Below, one piece after another: positions 24,101 to 37,380 of a DNA stretch of 64,000 nucleotides (its first letter is position 1; every line of letters starts with the position of its first letter). A program made the position numbers and the translations under genes. Location: contig NC_086101.1 of the NCBI RefSeq assembly GCF_963921235.1, positions 3,350,001 to 3,414,000 on the forward strand, given 5' to 3'. The DNA is from Mobula hypostoma (lineage: Eukaryota). A model generated the notes under the pieces. The model was not told the DNA's origin, ran no database searches, and saw only the letters and a list, made by a program, of their open reading frames with translations.

Positions 24101-27100
24101 TGTCCGAACCGGAGCCCCCATCTCCCCCATCTCCACCCACACACACAGCACAGGGTCAGAGTCCCAGTGACCAACAGCCGTCCTGTCCGAACCGGAGCCC
24201 CCATCTCCCCTCACACACACAGCACAAGCTCAGAGTCCCAGTGACCAACGGCCGTCCTGTCCGAACCGGAGCCCCCATCTCCCCCATCTCCACCCACACA
24301 CACAGCACAGGGTCAGAGTCCCAGTGACCAACGGCCGTCCTGTCCGGACCGGAGCCCCCATCTCCCCTCACACACACAGCACAAGCTCAGAGTCCCAGTA
24401 ACCAACGGCCGTCCTGTCCGAACCGGAGCCCCCATCTCCCCCATCTCCACCCACACACACAGCACAGGGTCAGAGTCCCAGTGACCAACAGCCGTCCTGT
24501 CCGAACCGGAGCCCCCATCTCCCCTCACACACACAGCACAAGCTCAGAGTCCCAGTGACCAACGGCCGTCCTGTCCGAACCGGAGCCCCCATCTCCCCCA
24601 TCTCCACCCACACACACAGCACAAGCTCAGAGTCCCAGTGACCAACGGCCGTCCTGTCTGGACCGGAGCCCCCATCTCCCCCATCTCCCGTCACACACAC
24701 AGCACAGGGTCAGAGTCCCAGAGACCAACAGCCGTCCTGTCCGAACCGGAGCCCCCATCTCCCTCATCTCCCCCCACACACACAGCACAGGGTCAGAGTC
24801 CCAGTGACCAACGGCCGTCCTGTCCGAACCGGAGCCCCCATCTCCCCCATCTCCCCCCACACACACAGCACAGGGTCAGAGTCCCAGTGACCAACGGCCG
24901 TCCTGTCCGAACCGGAGCCCCCATCTCCCCCATCTCCACCCACACACACAGCACAGGGTCAGAGTCCCAGAGACCAACGGCCGTCCTGTCCGAACCGGAG
25001 CCCCCATCTCCCCCCACACACACAGCACAAGCTCAGAGTCCCAGTGACCAACGGCCGTCCTGTCCGAACCGGAGCCACAATCTCCCCCATCTCCACCCAC
25101 ACACACAGCACAGGGTCAGAGTCCCAGAGACCAACAGCCGTCCTGTCCGAACCGGAGCCCCCATCTCCCCTCACACACACAGCACAAGCTCAGAGTCCCA
25201 GTGACCAACGGCCGTCCTGTCCGAACCGGAGCCCCCATCTCCCCCATCTCCCGTCACACACACAGCACAAGCTCAGAGTCCCAGTGACCAACGGCCGTCC
25301 TGTCCGAACCGGAGCCCCCATCTCCCCTCACACACACAGCACAAGCTCAGAGTCCCAGTGACCAACGGCCGTCCTGTCCGAACCGGAGCCCCCATCTCCC
25401 TCATCTCCCCCCACACACAGAACATTCCGTGTCAGAGTCCCAGTGACCAACAGCCGTCCTGTCCGAACCGGAGCCCCCATCTCCCCCATCTCCACCCACA
25501 CACACAGCACAAGCTCAGAGTCCCAGTGACCAACGGCCGTCCTGTCCGAACCGGAGCCCCCATCTCCCCCATCTCCCGTCACACACACAGCACAAGCTCA
25601 GAGTCCCAGTGACCAACGGCCGTCCTGTCCGAACCGGAGCCCCCATCTCCCTCATCTCCCCCCACACACAGAACATTCCGTGTCAGAGTCCCAGTGACCA
25701 ACGGCCGTCCTGTCCGGACCGGAGCCCCCATCTCCCCCATCTCCCCTCAAACACACAGCACAAGCTCAGAGTCCCAGTGACCAACGGCCGTCCTGTCCGA
25801 ACCGGAGCCCCCATCTCCCCCATCTCCCGTCACACACACAGCACAAGCTCAGAGTCCCAGTGACCAACGGCCGTCCTGTCCGAACCGGAGCCCCCATCTC
25901 CCTCATCTCCCCCCACACACAGAACATTCCGTGTCAGAGTCCCAGTGACCAACGGCCGTCCTGTCCGGACCGGAGCCCCCATCTCCCCCATCTCCCCTCA
26001 CACACACAGCACAAGCTCAGAGTCCCAGTGACCAACGGCCGTCCTGTCCGAACCGGAGCCCCCATCCCCCCCATACACAGAGCACACAGGGTCAGAGTCC
26101 CAGTGACCAACAGCCGTCCTGTCCAAACCGGAGCCCCCATCTCCCCCAACACACACAGCACAGCGTCAGAGTCCCAGTGACCAACGGCCGTCCTGTCTGG
26201 ACCGGAGCCCCCATCTCCCCCCACACACCGAGCACAGGGTCCGACTCCCAGTGACCAACGGCCGTCCTGTCCGAACCGGAGCCCCCATCTCCCCCCACAC
26301 ACACAGCACAGGGTCAGAGTCCCAGTGACCAACGGCCGTCCTGTCCGAACCGGAGCCCCCATCACCCCCACACACACACAGAACACAGGGTCAGAGTCCC
26401 AGTGACCAATGGCCGTCCTGTCCGAACCGGAGCCCCCATCCCCCCGCACACACACAGCACAGGGTCCGAGTCCCAGTGACCAATGGCCGTCCTGTCCGAA
26501 CCGGAGCCCCCATCTCCCCCAACACACACAGCACAGGGTCAGAGTCCCAGTGACCAACGGCCATCCTGTCCGAACCGGAGCCCCCATCCCCCGCATCTCC
26601 CCCTACACACAGCACAGGGTCAGAGTCCCAGTGACCAACAACTGTCCTGTCCGAACCGGAGCCCCCATCGCCCCCTACACACAGCACGGGGTCAGAGTCC
26701 CAGTGACCAACGGCCGTCCTGTCCAAACTGGAGCCCTCATCTTCCCCCACACACACAGCACAGGGTCAGAGTCTCAGTGACCAACGGCCGTCCTGTCCGA
26801 ACCAGAGCCCCCATCCCCCCCATCTCCCCCCACACACAGAACACAGGGTCAGAGTCCCAGTGACCAACGGCCGTCCTGTCCAAACCGGAGCCCCCATCTC
26901 CCCCCACACACACAGCACAGGGTCAGAGTCCCAGTGACCAACGGCCGTCCTGTCCGGACCGGAGCCCCCATCTCCCCCCACACACACAGCACAGGGTCAG
27001 AGTCCCAGTGACCAACGGCCGTCCTGTCCGGACCGGAGCCCCCATCTCCCCCCACACACACAGCACAGGGTCAGAGTCACAGTGACCAACGGCCGTCCTG

Positions 27101-30100
27101 TCCAAACCGGAGCCCTCATCTCCCCCCACACACACAGCACAGGGTCAGAGTCCCAGTGACCAACGGCCGTCCTGTCCGGACCGGAGCCCCCATCTCCCCC
27201 CACACACACAGCACAGGGTCAGAGTCCCAGTGACCAACGGCCGTCCTGTCCGGACCGGAGCCCCCATCTCCCCCCACACACACAGCACAGGGTCAGAGTC
27301 CCAGTGACCAACGGCCGTCCTGTCCAAACCAGAGCCCCCATCTCCCCCCACACACACAGCACAGGGTCAGAGTCCCAGTGACCAACGGCCGTCCTGTCCA
27401 AACCGGAGCCCTCATCTCCCCCCACACACACAGCACAGGGTCAGAGTCCCAGTGACCAACGGCCGTCCTGTCCGAACCGGAGCCCCCATCTCCCCCCACA
27501 CACACAGCACAGGGTCAGAGTCCCAGTGACCAATGGCCGTCCTGTCCAAACCGGAGCCCCCATCCCCCCCTGACACACACAGCACAGGGTCAGAGTCCCA
27601 GTGACCAACGGCCGTCCTGTACGAACCAGAGCCCCCATCCCCCCCATCTCCCCCCACACACAGAACACAGGTCAGAGTCCCAGTGACCAACGGCCGTCCT
27701 GTCCCGACCGGAGCCCCCATCCCTCCCATCTCCCCCCACACACAGAACACAGGGTCAGAGTCTCAGTGACCAACGGCCATCCTGTCCGAACCGGAGCCCC
27801 CATCCCCCCCATCTCCCCCCACACACAGAACACAGGGTCAGAGTCCCAGTGACCAACGGTCATCCTGTCCGAACCGGAGCCCCCATCTCCCCCCACACAC
27901 ACAGCACAGGGTCAGAGTCCCAGTGACCAACGGCCGTCCTGTCCGGACCGGAGCCCCCATCCCCCCCATCTCCCGCCACACACAGAACACAGGGTCAGAG
28001 TCTCAGTGACCAACGGCCTTCCTGTCCGAACCGGAGCCCCCATCTCCCCCAACACACACAGCACAGGGTCAGAGTCCCAGTGACCAACGGCCGTCCTGTC
28101 CGAACCAGAGCCCCCATCTCCCCCATCTCCACCCACACACACAGCACAGGGTCAGAGTCCCAGTGACCAACGGCCGTCCTGTCCGAACCGGAGCCCCCAT
28201 CTCCCCCCACACACACAGCACAGGGTCAGAGTCCCAGTGACCAACGGCCGTCCTGTCCGAACCGGAGCCCCCATCTCCCCCATCTCCACCCACACACACA
28301 GCACAGGGTCAGAGTCCCAGTGACCAACGGCCGTCCTGTCCGAACCAGAGCCCCCATCTCCCCCCACACACACAGCACAGGGTCAGAGTCCCAGTGACCA
28401 ACGGCCGTCCTGTCCGGACCGGAGCCCCCATCTCCCCCCACACACACAGCACAGGGTCAGAGTCCCAGTGACCAACGGCCGTCCTGTCCGAACCGGAGCC
28501 CCCATCTCCCTCATCTCCACTCACACACACAGCACAGGGTCAGAGTCCCAGTGACCAACGGCCGTCCTGTCCGAACCGGAGCCCCCATCTCCCCCATCCC
28601 ACCACACACACAGCACAGGGTCAGAGTCCCAGTGACCAACGGCCGTCCTGTCCGGACCGGAGCCCCCATCTCCCCCCACACACACAGCACAGGGTCAGAG
28701 TCCCAGTGACCAACGGCCGTCCTGTCCGAACCGGAGCCCCCATCTCCCCCATCTCCCCCACACACACAGCACAGGGTCAGAGTCCCAGTGACCAACGGCC
28801 GTCCTGTCCGAACCGGAGCCCCCATCTCCCCCATCTCCCCCACACACACAGCACAGGGTCAGAGTCCCAGTGACCAACGGCCGTCCTGTCCGAACCGGAG
28901 CCCCCATCTCCCCCCTCCACCCACACACACAGCACAGGGTCAGAGTCCCAGTGACCAACGGCCGTCCTGTCCGAACCGGAGCCCCCATCCCCCCCATCTC
29001 CCCCTACACACAGCACAGGGTCAGAGTCCCAGTGACCAACAGCTGTCCTGTCCGAACCGGAGCCCCCATCGCCCCCATCTCCCCCTACACACAGCACAGG
29101 GTCAGAGTCCCAGTGACCAACGGCCGTCCTGTCCGAACCGGAGCCCCCATCTCCCCCCACACACACAGCACAGGGTCAGAGTCCCAGTGACCAACGGCCG
29201 TCCTGTCCGAACCGGAGCCCCCAGCCCCCATCTCCCCCACACACACAGCACAGGGTCAGAGTCCCAGTGACCAACGGCCGTCCTGTCCGAACCGGAGCCC
29301 CCATCTCCCCCCACACACACAGCACAGGGTCAGAGTCCCAGTGACCAACGGCCGTCCTGTCCGAACCGGAGCCCCCATCTCCCCCCCACACACACAGCAC
29401 AGGGTCAGAGTCCCAGTGACCAACGGCCGTCCTGTCCGAACCGGAGCCCCCATCTCCCCCCACACACACAGCACAGGGTCAGAGTCCCAGTGACCAACGG
29501 CCGTCCTGTCCGAACCGGAGCCCCCATCTCCCCCATCTCCCCCCACACACACAGCACAGGGTCAGAGTCCCAGTGACCAACGGCCGTCCTGTCCGAACCG
29601 GAGCCCCCATCTCCCCCCACACACACAGCACAGGGTCAGAGTCCCAGTGACCAACGGCCGTCCTGTCCGAACCGGAGCCCCCATCCCCCCCCTCCCCCAT
29701 CTCCCCCACACACACAGCACAGGGTCAGAGTCCCAGTGACCAACGGCCGTCCTGTCCGAACCGGAGCCCCCATCCCCCCCTCCCCCCACACACACAGCAC
29801 AGGGTCAGAGTCCCAGTGACCAACGGCCGTCCTGTCCGAACCGGAGCCCCCATCTCCCCATCTCCCACACACACAGCACAGGGTCAGAGTCCCAGTGACC
29901 AACGGCCGTCCTGTCCAACCGAGTCAGAGTCCAGGACCAACGCTCCTGTCGGGACCCCATCTCCCCCACACACACAGCACAGGGTCAGAGTCCCAGTGAC
30001 CAACGGCCGTCCTGTCCGAACCGGAGCCCCCATCTCCCCCCACACACACAGCACAGGGTCAGAGTCCCAGTGACCAACGGCCGTCCTGTCCGAACCGGAG

Positions 30101-33100
30101 CCCCCATCTCCCCCCACACACACAGCACAGGGTCAGAGTCCCAGTGACCAACGGCCGTCCTGTCCGAACCGGAGCCCCCATCTCCCCCATCTCCCCACAC
30201 ACACAGCACAGGGTCAGAGTCCCAGTGACCAACGGCCGTCCTGTCCGAACCGGAGCCCCCATCTCCCCCCACACACACAGCACAGGGTCAGAGTCCCAGT
30301 GACCAACGGCCGTCCTGTCCGAACCGGAGCCCCCATCTCCCCCCACACACACAGCACAGGGTCAGAGTCCCAGTGACCAACGGCCGTCCTGTCCGAACCG
30401 GAGCCCCCATCCCCCCTCTCCCCCTCCCCTCCACACACACAGCACAGGGTCAGAGTCCCAGTGACCAACGGCCGTCCTGTCCGAACCGGAGCCCCCATCT
30501 CCCCCCACACACACAGCACAGGGTCAGAGTCCCAGTGACCAACGGCCGTCCTGTCCGAACCGGAGCCCCCATCTCCCCCCACACACACAGCACAGGGTCA
30601 GAGTCCCAGTGACCAACGGCCGTCCTGTCCGAGACCGGAGCCCCCATCCCCCCATCTCCCCCACACACACAGCACAGGGTCAGAGTCCCAGTGACCAACG
30701 GCCGTCCTGTCCTGTCCACAACCGGAGCCCCCATCCCCCCCATCTCCCCCCACACACAGCACGGGGTCAGAGTCCCAGTGACCAACGGCCGTCCTGTCCA
30801 AACCGGAGCCCCCATCCCCCCCCCACACACACAGCACAGGGTCAGAGTCCCAGTGACCAACGGCCGTCCTGTCCGAACCGGAGCCCCCATCCCCCCCATC
30901 TCCCCCCACACACAGAACACAGGGTCAGAGTCCCAGTGACCAACGGCCGTCCTGTCCGAACCGGAGCCCCCATCGCCCCCATCTCCCCCGACACACACAG
31001 CACAGGGTCAGAGTCCCAGTGACCAACGGCCGTCCTGTCCGAACCGGAGCCCCCATCCCCCCCATCTCCCCCCACACACACAGCACAGGGTCAGAGTCCC
31101 AGTGACCAACGGCCGTCCTGTCCAAACCGGAGCCCCCATCTCCCCCCACACACACAGCACAGGGTCAGAGTCCCAGTGACCAACGGCCGTCCTGTCCGGA
31201 CCGGAGCCCCCATCTCCCCCATCTCCCCCCACACACACAGCACAGGGTCAGAGTCCCAGTGACCAACGGCCGTCCTGTCCGAACCGGAGCCCCCATCTCC
31301 CCCATCTCCCGTCACACACACAGCACAGGGTCAGAGTCCCAGTGACCAACGGCCGTCCTGTCCGAACCGGAGCCCCCATCTCCCTCATCTCCCCCCACAC
31401 ACACAGCACAGGGTCAGAGTCCCAGTGACCAACGGCCGTCCTGTCCGGACCGGAGCCCCCATCTCCCCCCACACACACAGCACAGGGTCAGAGTCCCAGT
31501 GACCAACGGCCGTCCTGTCCGAACCGGAGCCCCCATCTCCCCCCACACACACAGCACAGGGTCAGAGTCCCAGTGACCAACGGCCGTCCTGTCCGGACCG
31601 GAGCCCCCATCTCCCCCCACACACACAGCACAGGGTCAGAGTCCCAGTGACCAACGGCCGTCCTGTCCAACCAGAGCCCCCATCTCCCCCCACACACACA
31701 GCACAGGGTCAGAGTCCCAGTGACCAACGGCCGTCCTGTCCGAACCGGAGCCCCCATCTCCCCCCACACACACAGCACAGGGTCAGAGTCCCAGTGACCA
31801 ACGGCCGTCCTGTCCGAACCGGAGCCCCCATCTCCCCCCACACACACAGCACAGGGTCAGAGTCCCAGTGACCAACGGCCGTCCTGTCCGAACCGGAGCC
31901 CCCATCTCCCCCACCACACACACAGCACAGGGTCAGAGTCCCAGTGACCAACGGCCATCCTGTCCGAACCGGAGCCCCCATCTCCCCCCACACACACAGC
32001 ACAGGGTCAGAGTCCCAGTGACCAACGGCCGTCCTGTCCGGACCGGAGCCCCCATCTCCCCCCACACACACAGCACAGGGTCAGAGTCCCAGTGACCAAC
32101 GGCCGTCCTGTCCAAACCGGAGCCCCCATCTCCCCCCACACACACAGCACAGGGTCAGAGTCCCAGTGACCAACGGCCGTCCTGTCCGGACCGGAGCCCC
32201 CATCTCCCCCCACACACACAGCACAGGGTCAGAGTCCCAGTGACCAACGGCCGTCCTGTCCAAACCGGAGCCCCCATCTCCCCCCACACACACAGCACAG
32301 GGTCAGAGTCCCAGTGACCAACGGCCGTCCTGTCCAAACCGGAGCCCCCATCCCCCCCATCTCCCCCCACACACACAGCACAGGGTCAGAGTCCCAGTGA
32401 CCAACGGCCGTCCTGTCCGGACCGGAGCCCCCATCTCCCCCCACACACACAGCACAGGGTCAGAGTCCCAGTGACCAACGGCCGTCCTGTCCAACCGGAG
32501 CCCCCATCTCCCCCCACACACACAGCACAGGGTCAGAGTCCCAGTGACCAACGGCCGTCCTGTCCAACCGGAGCCCCCATCTCCCCCCACACACACAGCA
32601 CAGGGTCAGAGTCCCAGTGACCAACGGCCGTCCTGTCCAAACCAGAGCCCCCATCTCCCCCCACACACACAGCACAGGGTCAGAGTCCCAGTGACCAACG
32701 GCCGTCCTGTCCGGACCGGAGCCCCCATCTCCCCCCACACACACAGCACAGGGTCAGAGTCCCAGTGACCAACGGCCGTCCTGTCCGAACCGGAGCCCCC
32801 ATCCCCCCCATCTCCCCCTACACACAGCATGGGGTCAGAGTCCCAGTGACCAACGGCCGTCCTGTCCAAACCGGAGCCCCCATCTCTCCCCACACACACA
32901 GCACAGGGTCAGAGTCCCAGTGACCAACGGCCGTCCTGTCCGGACCGGAGCCCCCATCTCCCCCCACACACACAGCACAGGGTCAGAGTCCCAGTGACCA
33001 ACGGCCGTCCTGTCCGGACCGGAGCCCCCATCTCCCCCCACACACACAGCACAGGGTCAGAGTCCCAGTGACCAACGGCCGTCCTGTCCGGACCGGAGCC

Positions 33101-33957
33101 CCCATCTCCCCCCACACACACAGCACAGGGTCAGAGTCCCAGTGACCAACGGCCGTCCTGTCCGAACCGGAGCCCCCATCCCCCCCATCTCCCCCCACAC
33201 ACAGAACACAGGGTCAGAGTCCCAGTGACCAACGGCCGTCCTGTCCGGACCGGAGCCCCCATCTCCCCCCACACACACAGCACAGGGTCAGAGTCCCAGT
33301 GACCAACGGCCGTCCTGTCCGAACCAGAGCCCCCATCTCCCCCCACACACACAGCACAGGGTCAGAGTCCCAGTGACCAACGGCCGTCCTGTCCGAACCG
33401 GACCCTCCCCCATCTCCCCCCACACACAGAACACAGGGTCAGAGTCCCAGTGACCAACGGCCATCCTGTCCGAACCGGAGCCCCCATCTCCCCCCACACA
33501 CACAGCACAGGGTCAGAGTCCCAGTGACCAACGGCCGTCCTGTCCGAACCGGAGCCCCCATCCCCCCCATCTCCCCCCACACACAGAACACAGGGTCAGA
33601 GTCCCAGTGACCAACGGTCATCCTGTCCGAACCGGAGCCCCCATCCCCCCCACACACACAGCACAGGGTCAGAGTCCCAGTGACCAACGGCCGTCCTGTC
33701 CGGACCGGAGCCCCCATCTCCCCCCACACACACAGCACAGGGTCAGAGTCCCAGTGACCAACGGCCGTCCTGTCCAAACCAGAGCCCCCATCTCCCCCCA
33801 CACACACAGCACAGGGTCAGAGTCCCAGTGACCAACGGCCGTCCTGTCCGGACCGGAGCCCCCATCTCCCCCCACACACACAGCACAGGGTCAGAGTCCC
33901 AGTGACCAACGGCCGTCCTGTCCGGACCGGAGCCCCCATCCCCCCCATCTCCCCACA
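21121..33957. repeat. Satellite A: 74/83/92-bp tandem array (roughly 160-170 monomers) in NELFE intron 1
   Basis: Monomer GTCAGAGTCCCAGTGACCAACGGCCGTCCTGTCCGAACCGGAG(CCCCCATCT)1-3CCCCCCACACACACAGCACAGG read directly; copy number estimated from length. Confidence 0.98.
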
Positions 33958-34440
33958 TACCACTGAATACTGCTACTTCCACCTTGGCAAGCACCCCTCC
34001 AACATCACCACTCCTCTCACCCCACCACTTCCTGCTCTGACAGCTGCCGTTCTTCGGCAGAGTATCGCCCTCCACTCCAAAGGATACCCCACAGCCTCCT
34101 CTCATCTTTCCCACAATCAGCACCCTCTCCCCCTCGTTCCCTCCCACGCCGCCACTCTCACCACAGGATGTCTACCTCCTACCCTACTCCTCCCCCTCCC
34201 TGACCTCCTACCCACCTTCAGCCCTTACCCTCTATCATTGCCTCCCTCCTCTCCTACCCACTGTCGCCCCTCACTTCCTCCTCTCCTGCAACCCCAATTC
34301 CCCTCTCCTCCAACCTCCCTTCCCCCTCTTCTCCAACTCACCCTCCCTCTCCGACTGACCTTCCCTTTCCCCGACCCACCCTCCACTCCAACCTTTCCTC
34401 CTCCTCCCGTCCTCTCCTCCCATCCTCCTCCTGTTCTGCT
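33958..34440. repeat. C/T-rich low-complexity tract
   Basis: Very few G on the plus strand; runs of CCTC/CTCC. Confidence 0.8.
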
Positions 34441-34442
34441 GT

Positions 34443-35600
34443 AATGGAATGGCGGAGCAGGCTCGATGGGCCGAATGGCCTAATTCTGCTCCTATGCCGC
34501 ATGGACGTATGGCAGGGGGCCGGAACCAGGATGATGGGAGCTAAAGATGAGCCAACAGGTTTACAAGTAGATGATGGCTGTAATATGAATGCAAGGAAGG
34601 ACAAGCCACGATTGGGTACAAATGCAGACAGAGCAAAGAGTTAAACTGTACCAGAAAGGCAAAATTCAAAAGAGTGAATAATGCAGGACTGAAGGTGTTG
34701 TATTTAAATGGATATAGCATTCGGGATAAGGTGGACGAACTCGTGGCGCAATGAGATCGGTCGGTATGACGTTGTGGGCATCACAGAGTCGTACATCAAG
34801 GAAGGCATAGGCAGTGGTGTGGCTCTGTTGGTAAGAGACAGAATTTTACATCTTCAGAAAGAGGTGACATTGCAGAATGGGCAAAAAGTGGCAGAGGGAA
34901 TACTGTGTTGGGAAATGTATGATCGTGCATTCTGGTAAAAGGAACAATAGTGCAGAATATTACCAAGATAGGGAGAAGGTTCAAACCTCAGAGGTGTGAA
35001 GGGACTTGGGACCCCCAGAAGGTTAATTTACCAGTTGAGTCTGAGGCAAATGCAATGTTGGCATTTATTTCGAGGGAAATAGAATAAAGAGATAATGCTG
35101 AGCCTTTCGTCAGGCTGCACTTGGGAGGACTGTCAAAGTTTTGGGCCCCTTATCTCAAAAAGGATGTATCGTCATTGGAGAGAGTCCAGCGGAGGTTCAC
35201 GAGGATGATTCCAGGAATGAAGGGGTCTGGCTGCCTTGGGCCTGTACTCACTGGAATTTAGAAGGATGCGGGAAATCTACTGAATATTAAAAGCACTAGG
35301 CAGGGTGGACGCGGAGAGAATGTTTCCTGTGGTGGGGGTATCCAGAAGTAGAGGGTACAGCCTCAGAACTGAGGGACGACCCTTTAGAACAGAAGTTTTT
35401 TAGCCCGAGAGTAGAATCTGCGGAATGCTCTGTCACAGACCGCGGTGGAGGCCAAATCCGTGGGTATATTTGATTGTTTGCTGATCGGTCAGGGCAGCAA
35501 AGGATTAGGCGAGAAGGCGGGTGCGTGGTATCCGGGATTAGCCATGGTGGAATGGTGGAGCAGACCCGATGGGCTGAGCGGCCTAATTCTGCTCCTACGC
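34443..35600 (+). mobile_element. Internally deleted CR1 LINE remnants
   Basis: YDVVGITES endonuclease motif (34708-34938), then ORF2 C-terminus and 3' tail GCCTAATTCTGCTCCTA. Confidence 0.85.
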
Positions 35601-35642
35601 CTCACTGACGCTTTCCTCCCACCCTCTCCCCAGCCGGCCGAC

Positions 35643-35717
35643 CTTCTTCTTCAGCTTGTTGTACTTTCTCTGCAAGGCTTCCTCCTCCTCACTGAGAACC
35701 GCGGGGAAGAGCGCCAT
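35643..35717 (-). CDS. NELFE: NELFE first coding exon (MALFPAVLSEEEEALQRKYNKLKKK)
   Basis: Kozak-like gcagccATGG, 75 nt, donor AAG|gtcggc; matches human MLVIPPGLSEEEEALQKKFNKLKKK as recalled; the five exons join in frame. Confidence 0.97.
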
Positions 35718-36331
35718 GGCTGCGCTGGACTGGCCCCACGGCGCAGGGGATTGACGTCAGACCTCCTCAGCTGGACGCAGTGAGGCCCACCCGGGGTGAC
35801 CGGTCCCCGGCCCTTCGCCGCGCCGCTGTCCTCTTTAACGGCGACACCACCGGCCGATGAACTCGGCGTCGGCGGGAACGGCCGCGGTCTGCTTCTCTGT
35901 TGTCGAAGTACGTCATGTCCGCGACGGCCAACAATCACCAATCGTGACGAGGCTCCGACCATGTTTGTTAATGGCAGGAATCGTCACCGAACGCTGCCGG
36001 TCATCTTTGTTACAGGCGTAACGTCACATAAACTGAGCCGGCCATTTTTCCTATAGGAAAAGAGGTTGGCCATATTTATTATAGGCACGGTCCCACGCCC
36101 CCTTATAGTCAGCCGATCATTTTCGCCATCTTTGTTGCGGGCGTGGGACTTGAAAACTGTTTGAACCCTTTCGCAGGGGTGTGTAGACCAGGGTGACGGG
36201 AGCTGAGGGGCTCCGGAGCCGCCAAGTTTGTTTCTGCTGTGGAATACTGGGACTACGCCGTGTGAAAAGCTGGGAGAGGGATAAGTAATTTGCTCTTCCG
36301 GGCGAGAGGTCAGCCGGCTCGCTGGGCAGAG
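35718..36331. promoter_or_regulatory. CpG-rich bidirectional promoter and 5' UTRs of NELFE and SKIC2
   Basis: 614 bp between divergent ATGs; dense CpG; CRE TGACGTCA 35752-35759; CCAAT 35938-35942; repeated CCATNTTT (YY1-like) motifs; weak ZNF143-like site near 36240-36260. Confidence 0.88.
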
Positions 36332-36350
36332 ATGGAGCGGGAGAGACTCG
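36332..36350 (+). CDS. SKIC2: SKI2 subunit of superkiller complex (SKIV2L), first coding exon (MERERL)
   Basis: ATGGAGCGGGAGAGACTCG|gtgaga; phase 1 fits exon 2; resembles human MMETERL; head-to-head with NELFE. Confidence 0.82.
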
Positions 36351-36467
36351 GTGAGAATCGGGCGGTCGAGGGAGGTTCAGAACTTTGACGGGAGCCAGTG
36401 GTGGGAGGGTGAGGGGCGAAGGGCCCCACGGAAGGGAAAGGTGGATTAAATTGGGTCAAACATGAAG

Positions 36468-37380
36468 AGACCTGAGGGTGAGGACAGACGGGGATGAGGG
36501 TGATTGGGGACACTGGGGGTGAGGACAGACCAGGTGGGTGTGATTGGGACACTGGGGGTGATGACAGACGGGGATAGGGGGTGATTGGGGACACTGGGGG
36601 TGAGGGCAGACGGGGATGAGGGTGATTGGGGACACTGGGGGTGAGGACAGACCAGGTGGGTGTGATTGGGACACTGGGGGTGAGGACAGACGGGGATGAG
36701 GGTGATTGGGGACCTGGGGGTGAGGACAGACCAGGTGGGTGTGATTGGGGACCTGGGGGTGAGGACAGACGTGGATAGGGGGTGATTGGGGACACTGGGG
36801 GTGAGGGCAGACGGGGATGAGGGTGATTGGGGACACTGGGGGTGAGGACAGACCAGGTGGGTGTGATTGGGACACTGGGGGTGAGGACAGACGGGGATGA
36901 GGGTGATTGGGGACCTGGGGGTGAGGACAGACCAGGTGGGTGTGATTGGGGACACTGGGGGTGAGGACAGACCAGATGGGTGTCATTGGGGACCTGGGGG
37001 TGAGGACAGACATGGATAGGGGGTGATTGGGGACACTGGGGGTGAGGGCAGACGGGGATGAGGGTGATTGGGGACACTGAGGGTGAGAACAGACCAGGTG
37101 GGTGTGATTGGGGACCTGGGGGTGAGGACAGACATGGATAGGGGGTGATTGGGGACACTGGGGGTGAGGGCAGACGGGGATGAGGGTGATTGGGGACACT
37201 GGGGGTGATGACAGACCAGGTGGGTGTGATTGGGGACCTGGGGGTGAGGACAGACCAGGTGGGTGTGATTGGGGACCTGGGGGTGAGGACAGACGGGGAT
37301 GAGGGTGATTGGGCACACTGGGGGTGAGGACAGACCAGGTGTGTGTGACTGGGGACACTGGGGGTGATGACAGACATGGT
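36468..37380. repeat. Minisatellite B: about 40-bp G-rich unit, about 23 copies
   Basis: GGGGACACTGGGGGTGAGGACAGAC followed by CAGGTGGGTGTGATT, GGGGATGAGGGTGATT or GGATAGGGGGTGATT variants. Confidence 0.96.

Noticed and set aside
21040..34444. Many short ORFs over satellite A, and a possible CRISPR-like array
   Set aside because: They are translations of the tandem monomer. There are no unique spacers or cas genes, and the context is a eukaryotic intron.
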